Part shown: one piece after another, positions 36,795-44,448 of the stretch
Position numbering within the stretch: the first letter of the stretch is position 1
Layout of the letters: every line of letters begins with the position of its first letter
NCBI GenBank assembly: GCA_964415205.1
Contig: CAYPZH010000003.1
Span: 1,736 to 46,183, forward strand
Source: an uncultured Actinomycetota bacterium
GTDB taxonomy: Bacteria > Actinomycetota > Geothermincolia > Geothermincolales > RBG-13-55-18
Reading direction: 5' to 3'
DNA: 44,448 nt
Translations under genes and position numbers: made by a program
Notes under the pieces: model-generated
What the model saw: only the letters and a program-made list of their open reading frames with translations
Databases searched by the model: none
Told to the model about the DNA's origin: nothing

Positions 36795-37622
36795 TCAGAA
36801 GTAGAGTACCTCCCGTAAGGGCTGAAAATCGAAGGCATCCAGGAGCTTTCCCAGTTTGTCCAGGGCCTTCCCGACCCCGTAGAAGAGGGCGAACCGCGAC
36901 AGCGGGTCGATGCCCGCGGGGATATCGCTCAGGGGGCGGATATCGCGGGGGTGGATATAGATGACCGCCGGCCTTTCCTCCAGGACCTTGCGCAAGAGAA
37001 AGACTACCAGCCACATGGGCTCAAACCTCAGGTAAACCCCACCGCACAAGGGGATACTCACGAGCCGTCCGCGGTAGACGGTCAAGGGGAATTCCACCAG
37101 GCTTCCCCCGCCGGAGGTCCCTTCACCGTGCGGCGTATAAGGAGCGAGCGGAGCGCCGGGACAGCCGTACAGGGGCGTGCGCATGGGGAATACGCTGGAA
37201 CTGTAGCGGTAACCCAGGTCCTTTTCCAGCGTGTGGTGGAGCCAGGGCGTATCGTGCCCGGCCGAGCAATTGGCGGCGCGGAAACCAAGCGGCCTCTCGC
37301 CGCAGATAGAGGCGAGGATTTCGACGGTCTTGCTCTCGCTGCGGATGAACTCCCCGCGCGTGGTCTCACGCAGGTTCTTGTGCTCGTACCCGTGGGACCC
37401 TATCTCGTGGCCTGCGGCGCAGATCTTCTCCACCAGCCCGGGGTCCCGCTCGGCCAGCGAGCCGAGGACGAAAAAGGTCGCGCGCGCGTTCTTCTCTTCC
37501 AGGAGAGCGAGCAGGTCACCGACGGCGGGCGTCACAATATCCTCGTGGCCCTCGTAGTCTTTCCGGGGCAGGTCTCCGGCCCACCACGGCTCGACGTCTA
37601 CGCTGAGAGCTATCCCGTGCAT
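36795..37622 (-). CDS. Polysaccharide deacetylase (CE4/NodB) with a DUF3473-like C-terminus
   Basis: SVDVEPWW, ATFFVLGSLAE and GHEIGSHGYEH metal-binding motifs; 275 aa. Confidence 0.85.
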   Translation of the reverse strand: MHGIALSVDVEPWWAGDLPRKDYEGHEDIVTPAVGDLLALLEEKNARATFFVLGSLAERDPGLVEKICAAGHEIGSHGYEHKNLRETTRGEFIRSESKTVEILASICGERPLGFRAANCSAGHDTPWLHHTLEKDLGYRYSSSVFPMRTPLYGCPGAPLAPYTPHGEGTSGGGSLVEFPLTVYRGRLVSIPLCGGVYLRFEPMWLVVFLLRKVLEERPAVIYIHPRDIRPLSDIPAGIDPLSRFALFYGVGKALDKLGKLLDAFDFQPLREVLYF

Positions 37623-37740
37623 GCCTGCCTCCCGCTGCCGCGCTTATCGGCTCTCCCGGCGGGTCGCTCGTGATCACGCGCACGCGAGAATATTAGCACC
37701 TTGGCCGCGCGCGCGGAACCGGCCCGCCAGCCGGTAGCGG

Positions 37741-38697
37741 TCAGACGAAAACCTCCGCGAGCGCCCAGGCGATGACCACCGAGATCAAGGGCGCCACCGC
37801 CCATACCACGGCCGCCCTGCGCGCGGCGGGATTGCGCAGCATGAAGGCGTGGCCGTTCTTGACCACGCCGATGGCGAAGATGGCCCCCAGCTTGATCTGC
37901 ACCTCCGAGGCGGGCATACCGAGCCCGCTGGCCAGGAGCAGGAGGGAGGCGCCCACGAGACTCACCAGGGTGGCGCTGAGCACGCCCAGGGGGCTGATCT
38001 CCTTGCCCGCCGTCTCCAGGTTGCCGAAGCCCAGGGCGGCCGCGCCCATGCCGAAAAACGGGGCCAGGAAAAGGGTGGCGGTCAGGGCACCGGCGACGCT
38101 CGCCCCCGCCAGCGGGCCCGATGCGTTGGCCACGTTGTTCGACCCTATGGAGAAGGCGGCGTAACAGGAAGAGGCGATGACGAACGTCTGCAACAGGCGG
38201 TAACGGCGCATGACGTTCTGTGCCAGGACGTAATGGCGCAGGCGCGGATACAGCCACTTGCCCAGCACCAGGGTGATGACATAGGCGGCGAGGGGCAGGA
38301 TGAACCACAAGGGGACCATCAGCCTGAAGGAGGAACCGCTGAGCCTGCCCACGGATATGCCCACTCCCACCAGTGACCCCACCGTTACCTGGCTCGTGGA
38401 TTGGGGGATCTTGAGAAGGTTGGCGAGAAAAAGGGTGATGGTGGCCGAGGTGATGACGACCAGAGCGACCTTCACGTCGGTGTAGCTGGCGGGGATGATG
38501 TCGTGCGAGATGGTCTCCGCGACCCTGCCCCCGGCCACCACCGCCCCCAGGAGTACGAAGAGAGAGAAAAAGGCGACCGCCTGAAAGCGGTTGAGGAAGC
38601 CTGCCCCGTAGGAAGCGGCCATGGAGGGCGCGAAGCCGCTGGCGCCCATATTCATGGCGAAGAAGGAGACGAGGATGACGAGCAATGCCGTCTGCAC
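37741..38697 (-). CDS. cysP: PiT-family anion permease, CysP-like (probable sulfate permease)
   Basis: AMNMGASGFAPSMAASYGAG and SIGSNNVANASGPL are the duplicated PHO4/PiT signature in the divergent CysP-like form. It is divergently adjacent to sat, as in the B. subtilis cysP-sat-cysC arrangement. The substrate call is inferred. Confidence 0.6.
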   Translation of the reverse strand: MQTALLVILVSFFAMNMGASGFAPSMAASYGAGFLNRFQAVAFFSLFVLLGAVVAGGRVAETISHDIIPASYTDVKVALVVITSATITLFLANLLKIPQSTSQVTVGSLVGVGISVGRLSGSSFRLMVPLWFILPLAAYVITLVLGKWLYPRLRHYVLAQNVMRRYRLLQTFVIASSCYAAFSIGSNNVANASGPLAGASVAGALTATLFLAPFFGMGAAALGFGNLETAGKEISPLGVLSATLVSLVGASLLLLASGLGMPASEVQIKLGAIFAIGVVKNGHAFMLRNPAARRAAVVWAVAPLISVVIAWALAEVFV

Positions 38698-38832
38698 CCG
38701 GGTCCTACCTCCTCCCGCCGGGAAAAAGTCCTCAAAGGAGAGGACCTACCTCCTGGCCCTGTGGTTTATACTCGAAAAACCGAGCGGCAGTTCACTTTGC
38801 GGTGGTAAAAACTGCGCGCGCAACGAGCCGGT

Positions 38833-38861
38833 TTCAATGATTAGATATAATAATATATAAT
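38833..38861 (+). promoter_or_regulatory. Promoter-like AT island (TTCAAT-17-TATAAT) in the divergent cysP / RHH-sat intergenic region
   Basis: gattagatataataatatataatt is the most AT-rich stretch of the window and lies 40-70 nt upstream of the ATG at 38900. Confidence 0.4.
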
Positions 38862-38899
38862 TAGCCGGAATTGAACGAAAGGTCGGGTGTCAGAGAAAG

Positions 38900-39133
38900 A
38901 TGAAGAAGAAAGAGCAGGAGAGCAAGTTCACCTCGGTCTCCATCCCTACCCCACTCTTCGAGAAGGTAAGGAAGCGCATCGAGGGGACCGGTTTCACCTC
39001 CGTGTCCAGCTACGTAGTGTACGTGCTGCGCGAGGTACTCGCGGAGGACGCGGTGGATGAAAAAGAGGCCTTCTCCCGGGAAGACGAGGAGAGGGTAAAG
39101 GAACGTCTGCGCTCCCTGGGGTACCTGGACTGA
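38900..39133 (+). CDS. Ribbon-helix-helix (CopG/Arc/MetJ-type) DNA-binding protein
   Basis: 77 aa. FTSVSIPTPLFEKVRKRI (beta-strand plus helix A) and SVSSYVVYVLREVL (helix B). It ends 10 nt before sat. Confidence 0.65.
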   Translation: MKKKEQESKFTSVSIPTPLFEKVRKRIEGTGFTSVSSYVVYVLREVLAEDAVDEKEAFSREDEERVKERLRSLGYLD

Positions 39134-39143
39134 GGAGGAGACG

Positions 39144-40286
39144 ATGCCGTTGCCGCACGGCGGTCGCCTGGTCGACCGCATGATCCCTGACGCGGACAGG
39201 GAGGAAGCCGTGGCGGAAGCCCGCGGCCTGAAGAGCCTGCGCCTGGACACGGAGCAGGCCCGCGAGGTGGAGAACATCGCCCAGGGGATCTACAGCCCCA
39301 TCGGGGGATTCCTGCGACGGGAGGAATACGCGAGCGTGCTCGAGCACGCTCGCCTCCCGGGCGACGTGCCCTGGGCCTTACCGATCGTGCTGGACCTCCC
39401 GCCGGACAGCGGGGTAGAAGAGGGAGACCGGCTGGCTTTGTGGGAGACGGATGACGGGCCCCTGGCGGTGATGGAGGTGGAGGAGATGTATCCCCTCGAC
39501 CGCGCCCGCCACGACACGCTCGTCTACGGCACCGAAGATATCTCACACCCCGGGGTGGCCAAGACCGCGGCCATGGGGGACCTTCTGGCGGGCGGACCCA
39601 TCACCCTGCTGCGGCTGACGCCAAGCCCCTTCGAGAGGTACCGGCTTAGCCCGCGCGAGACCAGGGTGCTCTTCCGCGAACTGGGCTGGAGGCAGGTGGT
39701 GGGCTTCCAGACGCGCAACGTCCCCCACCTCGGCCACGAGTATGTGCAGAAGACCGCCCTCACCTTCGCCGACGGGCTGTTCATCAACCCGGTCATCGGC
39801 AAGAAGAAGAAGGGTGATTTCACCGACGAGGCCATCCTGGCCACCTACCAGACCCTCATCGACAACTACTACCTCAAGGAGAGGTCGGTCATGGCCATCC
39901 TGCAGTACGAGATGCGCTACGCGGGTCCGCGCGAGGCCATACACCATGCCATTATGCGCAAGAACTTCGGCTGCACCCACTTCATCGTGGGAAGGGACCA
40001 TGCCGGGGTGGGCGATTTCTACCACCCCTTCGCCGCTCAGGAGATATTCGGCGAGTTCCCTGACCTCGGCATCGTGCCGGTGTTCTTCAACACCTTCTCT
40101 TACTGCCTGCGCTGCGGCGGGGTGGTCAACGAGAAGATCTGCCCCCATGGCCCCGAGGACCAGGTGGGTTTCTCCGGCACCCGCATGCGGGAGCTCATCA
40201 TGGAGGGCAAGGTGCCCCCGCCGGAGATGCTACGGCCGGAGGTTGCCGAGGTGCTCCTGGCCATCAGCGACCCCTTCGTGGAGTGA
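39144..40286 (+). CDS. sat: Sulfate adenylyltransferase (ATP sulfurylase)
   Basis: QTRNVPHLGHEY and GRDHAGVG motifs; the 380-aa length is typical of homo-oligomeric Sat. Confidence 0.93.
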   Translation: MPLPHGGRLVDRMIPDADREEAVAEARGLKSLRLDTEQAREVENIAQGIYSPIGGFLRREEYASVLEHARLPGDVPWALPIVLDLPPDSGVEEGDRLALWETDDGPLAVMEVEEMYPLDRARHDTLVYGTEDISHPGVAKTAAMGDLLAGGPITLLRLTPSPFERYRLSPRETRVLFRELGWRQVVGFQTRNVPHLGHEYVQKTALTFADGLFINPVIGKKKKGDFTDEAILATYQTLIDNYYLKERSVMAILQYEMRYAGPREAIHHAIMRKNFGCTHFIVGRDHAGVGDFYHPFAAQEIFGEFPDLGIVPVFFNTFSYCLRCGGVVNEKICPHGPEDQVGFSGTRMRELIMEGKVPPPEMLRPEVAEVLLAISDPFVE

Positions 40287-40289
40287 GCC

Positions 40290-41648
40290 ATGGCCGGCGG
40301 CAAGAGGCTTGTCATCATCGGGCTGGACTGCGCATCGCCGCGCCTGCTCTTCCACGCCTATCCGGGCATGCTGCCCAACCTGGAAAGGCTGTGCGAGAAC
40401 GGCTGGTGGGGGGAGGTGGAATCGTGCATCCCCCCCATCACCGTGCCCGCATGGATGGTCATGTTCACCGGGAGGGAGCCGGGGGAGTTGGGCATGTACG
40501 GCTTCCGCAACCGCGTGCCGGGCACCTACAACGATACCAGGGTGGCGGACTCCACTTCGCGGCACGTCCCCGCCCTGTGGGACAAGGCCGGCGAGGCGGG
40601 GCTGCGCAGCTGCCTCATGGGAGTCCCCCCTTCCTACCCGCCCTTCGAGGTGAAGGGCGATCTCATCTCCTGTTTCCTCACCCCCGGCACCGACCGGCCG
40701 TACACCTTTCCGCGCGGCCTGGCGGTGGAGCTGGAGGAGCAGGAGTTGATCTACGTGCCGGACGTTCCCTTCCGCAAGGAGAATAAAGCCGATATCCTGG
40801 CGAGCCTGCGCGAGATGACCGCGGGGCACTTCGAGATAGCCTGTTACCTTGCGGAGGAGCATCCCTGGGACCTCTTCGTCATGGTCGAGATAGGCCTGGA
40901 CCGCGTCCAGCACGCCTTCTGGAGGTATCAGGACCCCACCCACCACCTCTACGAGGCCGGCACGCCTTACACCCACGCCCTGCGCGACTATTACCGCCTG
41001 CTGGACCAGGGCATCGGGGATCTGCTGCAGGCCTGCGGCCCCGATACGTCCGTGGCCGTGGTTTCCGACCACGGCGCCAAGGGCATGAAGGGCGCCTTCT
41101 GCGTGAATCAGTGGCTGGCGGAACATGGTTACCTCACCCTGAGGGATGAGGTGGAGCGGGGCACCAGGCTGGAGGACGCCCCGGTGGACTGGTCCAGGAC
41201 GAAGGCCTGGGGCTGGGGAGGTTATTACGCCCGCGTATTCCTTAACGTCGAGGGGAGGGAGCCGCAGGGGGTGATCCCTGCGCGGGACTTCGAGGCCGAG
41301 GTAAAGAAGCTGGCGGAGGAGATACGGGGCATCAGGGGACCGCAGGGCGAAGAGTGGGCGACGCGCGCGGTGACGCCCGGCGAGACCTACAGGCATGCCG
41401 AGGGGGACGTTCCCGACCTCATGGTGTTCTTCGACGACCTTTCCTGGAGGGCGGCGGGTACCATGGGCCACCCCTCCATGTACCTGGAGGAGAACGACAC
41501 CGGGCCGGACGACGCAGTGCACGACTGGAGAGGTGTGGGCATATTCTACCATCCCCACGAGGACATGCGCGAGAAGATCGACCGGGACTTCCTCCGCATA
41601 CAGGAGCTGTACGGGATCTACGGAGAGATGCTGGGTATCGAGGTGTGA
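40290..41648 (+). CDS. Alkaline-phosphatase-superfamily protein, type I phosphodiesterase/nucleotide pyrophosphatase-like (paralog 3), cytoplasmic
   Basis: LVIIGLDCASP, IPPITVPAWMVMFTGREPG and VVSDHGAKG motifs align with paralogs 1 and 2. There is no signal peptide. It starts 3 nt after the sat stop and ends 21 nt before cysC. Confidence 0.8.
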   Translation: MAGGKRLVIIGLDCASPRLLFHAYPGMLPNLERLCENGWWGEVESCIPPITVPAWMVMFTGREPGELGMYGFRNRVPGTYNDTRVADSTSRHVPALWDKAGEAGLRSCLMGVPPSYPPFEVKGDLISCFLTPGTDRPYTFPRGLAVELEEQELIYVPDVPFRKENKADILASLREMTAGHFEIACYLAEEHPWDLFVMVEIGLDRVQHAFWRYQDPTHHLYEAGTPYTHALRDYYRLLDQGIGDLLQACGPDTSVAVVSDHGAKGMKGAFCVNQWLAEHGYLTLRDEVERGTRLEDAPVDWSRTKAWGWGGYYARVFLNVEGREPQGVIPARDFEAEVKKLAEEIRGIRGPQGEEWATRAVTPGETYRHAEGDVPDLMVFFDDLSWRAAGTMGHPSMYLEENDTGPDDAVHDWRGVGIFYHPHEDMREKIDRDFLRIQELYGIYGEMLGIEV

Positions 41649-41669
41649 TCTATCAACGGAGGTAAGCAT

Positions 41670-42206
41670 ATGGAGAAGGGATTCGTGGTCTGGCTCACCG
41701 GCCTTCCGGCTTCGGGAAAGACCACCGTGGCCGTGGACCTGGAGAAGAGGCTGCGCGATAGGGGCCTGCGGGTGGAGGTCATGGACGGCGACGAGGTGAG
41801 AAAAGGTCTCAGCCGGGACCTCGGCTTCAGCAAGGAGGACCGGGAGATACACGCCATGCGCGTCGCTTACGTGAGCAAGCTGCTCTCACGCAACGGCGTG
41901 GCGGTGATCGTGGCCCTCATCTCCCCCTACCGCTCTTTCCGCGCGGCCATAAGAAAGGATATCGACGACTTCATCGAGGTCTTCGTGCGCTGCCCGGTGG
42001 AGGAATGCGCCAAGCGCGACCCCAAGGGCCTCTACGCCAAAGCCCTGGCAGGCGAGATCAAGGATTTCACCGGCGTGGATGACCCCTACGAGGACCCGGA
42101 GAACCCCGAACTGGTCCTGGACACCTACGCCGAGGAGACCTCCGAGAGCGTGAACAAGGTCCTGGACTGGCTTTCGGTGCACGGGTATCTCGACGGTTCA
42201 TCTTGA
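41670..42206 (+). CDS. cysC: Adenylylsulfate (APS) kinase
   Basis: P-loop WLTGLPASGKTTVA, DGDEVRKGL, and the ALISPYR motif; 178 aa. Confidence 0.93.
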   Translation: MEKGFVVWLTGLPASGKTTVAVDLEKRLRDRGLRVEVMDGDEVRKGLSRDLGFSKEDREIHAMRVAYVSKLLSRNGVAVIVALISPYRSFRAAIRKDIDDFIEVFVRCPVEECAKRDPKGLYAKALAGEIKDFTGVDDPYEDPENPELVLDTYAEETSESVNKVLDWLSVHGYLDGSS

Positions 42207-42422
42207 CAGTAAGGGGTCAGGTCTTGTTTTTTGGATACCACGGTATTTTGCCTGTTGGCACATGCGGTTTTGCAGCACGAAACAAAGACCTGACCCCTTA
42301 CTGTCTTATAAACGTCGGCCCTGGAAGATGTGCGTGTCTCAGGCGATAGGTATGGCCATGCATCGTGACGAAGGTCCGAGGTAATGGCGACTGGGGCCAG
42401 CATAAATGCTGGCCCCAATGGC
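42207..42422 (+). repeat. Composite hairpin element, copy B
   Basis: Hairpin 1 spans 42207..42303 (cagtaaggggtcaggtctt...aagacctgaccccttactg). The conserved block aacgtcggccctggaagat is at 42311..42329. The 37-nt block gtaatggcgactggggccagcataaatgctggcccca is at 42381..42417 and differs by one base from 25044..25080. Confidence 0.8.
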
Positions 42423-42479
42423 TCCAGCGCTACGCGTCGCTTGCCGCGAACGTTGGGGAGGCCGGTAGGGGTATAATGG

Positions 42480-42860
42480 AACCAGAAGGCTTCGGCCCGG
42501 GTCTGTGGTTGAAAGTCGATGCCAGCCGCAGGCGAAGCGACCCACGTAAGCCAACTCTTGGTTGGTGAGCATGGTGCGGCTTAGGGGTAAGACCTGCCCG
42601 GCTTTAAAGCCGGAGAAGCGCATTAGTGGCGTACGGGCGAAGTCCCCAGAGGATCCCGTGAGCTGCGAGACGCTCAGCAGGCGAGTGTGGGGTAAAAGAC
42701 CAGGTCAGCCGGGTTTCGAAGCCTTCTACTATAGGAGGCCAGCCCTGGCCCTTTTGTTGGCGGGGGGCTGAACGTATGCTAGGCTTATGCGAGTCGAGCG
42801 TGAAAGCGCCGGGTTAAGGCCCGGGGCCGGTAGTTACCGTCATAAAGGTCCTGAACAAGG
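42480..42860 (+). ncRNA. Candidate structured ncRNA upstream of hpf (raiA-motif-like); boundaries approximate
   Basis: There is no credible ORF here. A TATAAT lies at 42472..42477. Local helices are dense: ggc-UUCG-gcc at 42488..42497, ccaac/gttgg at 42551..42565, and ccggc-tttaaa-gccgg at 42598..42613. An intrinsic terminator follows. Its position directly upstream of hpf/raiA matches the known genomic context of the raiA motif RNA. The consensus could not be checked by eye. Confidence 0.4.
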
Positions 42861-42894
42861 CCCATACCGCACCTGAACCTGGTATGGGCTTTTT
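42861..42894 (+). terminator. Intrinsic terminator (cccatacc-N12-ggtatggg-cttttt)
   Basis: An 8-bp GC-rich stem followed by a T-run, 25 nt upstream of the hpf start and before its AAGGAGGGGA RBS. Confidence 0.6.
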
Positions 42895-42919
42895 AGCGGA
42901 AAGGAGGGGAGCGGGCGCG

Positions 42920-43462
42920 ATGCAGATCATCGTCAAGGGCAAGAACCTGGAGGTCACGGAGGCGCTGCGCAAATATGCTCTGGAAAAGGTCGGCAGGGTC
43001 GAGAAATACCTGGACAACATCCAGAAGACGGAGATAGAGATGAGCGTGGAAAGAAACCCGAAGATACAGGAGAACCAGGTTGTGGAGGTTACCATATTCT
43101 CGAGCGGGCCTATAATCAGGGCCAAGGAGTCGGCCGTTGACATGTACCAGGCCATCGACATGGTCATGAACAAACTGGAGCGGCAGGCGCGCAGGGTCAA
43201 GACGAAGATGATCCATCGCTCGCATCATGCCAGGAACCCCTTCAAGGGATCGGCCTTGAGCGAGGAGGAGAAGCCGGAAGAGCCGATGATCGTGAAGACC
43301 AAGAGCTTTCCCCTCAAGCCCATGACCCCCGAGGAGGCCTGCCTGCAGATGGACCTTCTGGGCCATGACTTCTTCGTTTTCATCAACGCCGAGACGGAGG
43401 ATACCAACGTGGTTTATAGAAGAAAAGATGGGGACTACGGCTTGATCGAGCCGGGAGGATGA
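42920..43462 (+). CDS. hpf: Ribosome hibernation promoting factor, long form (HPF/RaiA family)
   Basis: MQIIVKGKNLEVTEALRKYALEKV...YLD N-terminal S30AE domain plus a C-terminal dimerisation domain (PMTPEEACLQMDLLGHDFFVFINAET...VVYRRKDGDYGLIEP). The ATG is preceded by AAGGAGG. Confidence 0.92.
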   Translation: MQIIVKGKNLEVTEALRKYALEKVGRVEKYLDNIQKTEIEMSVERNPKIQENQVVEVTIFSSGPIIRAKESAVDMYQAIDMVMNKLERQARRVKTKMIHRSHHARNPFKGSALSEEEKPEEPMIVKTKSFPLKPMTPEEACLQMDLLGHDFFVFINAETEDTNVVYRRKDGDYGLIEPGG

Positions 43463-43562
43463 TATGCGCAAGTTCATGGACATGGTGCGCCAGCTGCTCG
43501 ACTACATCGTCAGGCGCGGGGCGTCCATGCGCCTGTGACTGGCGCAGCGAGGAAGGACGGCC

Positions 43563-44448
43563 ATGGATAAAAGGGTTATGGCACTGGCTTCCCTGGGGTT
43601 GGCGGGGGCGCTTGGGATAATACTCTACCTTACGCTGGCGGGAAACCAGCCGGTTTTCTGGTTCTCGGTGCTCCTCCTCGGGATCCTGGTGGTCATCTGC
43701 GAGACCCTGGGCGAGCACATGGCCTCTGGAGGGAGGTCCACCTACGGCATCATCGCCCTCTTCGCTGCCATAGCCGCTCTCAACACTCCCTCGGCGATGA
43801 TCGTGGCCCTGGCCGCTGCCTTCCACCTGGGCCTGGCCAAACGCAGGGACGACGTCTGGGAGATGACCGCAAGCGCGGCATTTTATGCCCTCTGCACTTT
43901 TATGGCGGCCGTGGTGTACCATGCCCTTGGCGGCGCGACGCGGGCCTTCACCACCTCGAACGCTCTTCGCTCCCTGCCGGCGCTGCTGGTGGCGGCGGCC
44001 GTTTTCTGGGTCGTGAACACCCTGCTGGTGGCGGCGGCGCTGCGCTGGTCCAGGGGTTCTGACCCCGTTGCTTTCCTCAAGGGCGATGCACTGAGACTTC
44101 TGCCCAATCAGATCATTTATGCGCTGGTGGGGATGGGCATGGGCATCATCTACGCCCAGAACGCCTTTCACGAGATGCTCGACGCCCAGGGCGCCATGGT
44201 TCTGGACAGCTTCGGAAACCCGGTTATCCTGGGCACGCTGGCCGAGTCCCTGCGCGGCATCTTCGCCGTATCCGCACTCATGGCGGTACTCGGCGTGGCA
44301 TGGTATTTCAGCGGCAAGAACATCGAACTCCTGGAGGCCTACGACCACAGCATTGAGACGCTGGCCACCCACCTGGAGAAGCGCGAGCCGTACCTAGACG
44401 GGCACGCGGTGCGGGTGGCGCAGAACGCGGCCCTCATCGCTGAACGCA
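43563..44448 (+). CDS. Membrane-anchored HD/HD-GYP-domain protein, 3'-truncated by the window edge
   Basis: The frame is open from the ATG at 43563 to the window end and is not in the supplied track. Multiple TM helices are followed by LEKREPYLDGHAVRVAQNAALIAE, the typical start of an HD(-GYP) phosphohydrolase domain. Confidence 0.7.
   Translation, partial: MDKRVMALASLGLAGALGIILYLTLAGNQPVFWFSVLLLGILVVICETLGEHMASGGRSTYGIIALFAAIAALNTPSAMIVALAAAFHLGLAKRRDDVWEMTASAAFYALCTFMAAVVYHALGGATRAFTTSNALRSLPALLVAAAVFWVVNTLLVAAALRWSRGSDPVAFLKGDALRLLPNQIIYALVGMGMGIIYAQNAFHEMLDAQGAMVLDSFGNPVILGTLAESLRGIFAVSALMAVLGVAWYFSGKNIELLEAYDHSIETLATHLEKREPYLDGHAVRVAQNAALIAER

Noticed and set aside
40230-41852. 540-aa minus-strand ORF.
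   Set aside because: It is antisense to AP-superfamily paralog 3 and to the 5' end of cysC. It has no motifs and a GC-frame artefact composition.
42690-42730. SRP (4.5S) RNA, prompted by the accaggtcagcc string. A similar accaggtcgg string occurs in repeat block X at 2451..2477.
   Set aside because: The invariant domain IV sequence (GGAAGCAGCC context) and the symmetric-loop partner are absent.
43383-44372. 329-aa minus-strand ORF.
   Set aside because: It is antisense to an open-ended plus-strand frame that encodes convincing TM helices and the start of an HD domain.

Overview
GC-rich, Gram-positive or Actinobacteria-like chromosomal segment. It shows many GTG/TTG starts and 4-nt ATGA/GTGA start-stop overlaps, and AT-rich patches occur only at promoter-like sites. 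Taxonomy cannot be proven from the sequence alone. Nearly the whole window is a cell-envelope glycan or glycoconjugate locus. It holds 5 GT4 and 5 GT2 glycosyltransferases and two Wzx/MOP flippases. It also holds two very large polytopic GT-C-like membrane proteins, an ArnE/EamA-like mini-transporter, a DUF2304 protein, a CE4 deacetylase and a SAM methyltransferase. UDP-glucose dehydrogenase and a complete GDP-D-rhamnose module (manC-gmd-rmd) are present. SAM-cycle and salvage genes (ahcY, mtnA), a patatin-like lipase and comFC are interspersed. The right end carries hpf and a truncated membrane HD-domain protein. The most unusual content is a family of three cytoplasmic alkaline-phosphatase-superfamily (NPP/PF01663-like) paralogs. 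One of them sits between sat and cysC in an RHH-sat-X-cysC operon, next to a CysP-type PiT permease. No APS/PAPS reductase or recognisable sulfotransferase is in the window, which suggests an uncharacterised glycan sulfation or phospho-modification system. Non-coding highlights are a structured about 0.4 kb RNA candidate (raiA-motif-like) with its own terminator upstream of hpf, a two-copy about 215-nt composite hairpin repeat, and a tandem about 145-bp repeat leader at 2.3-2.7 kb. No rRNA, tRNA, CRISPR array, transposase or integrase was seen.
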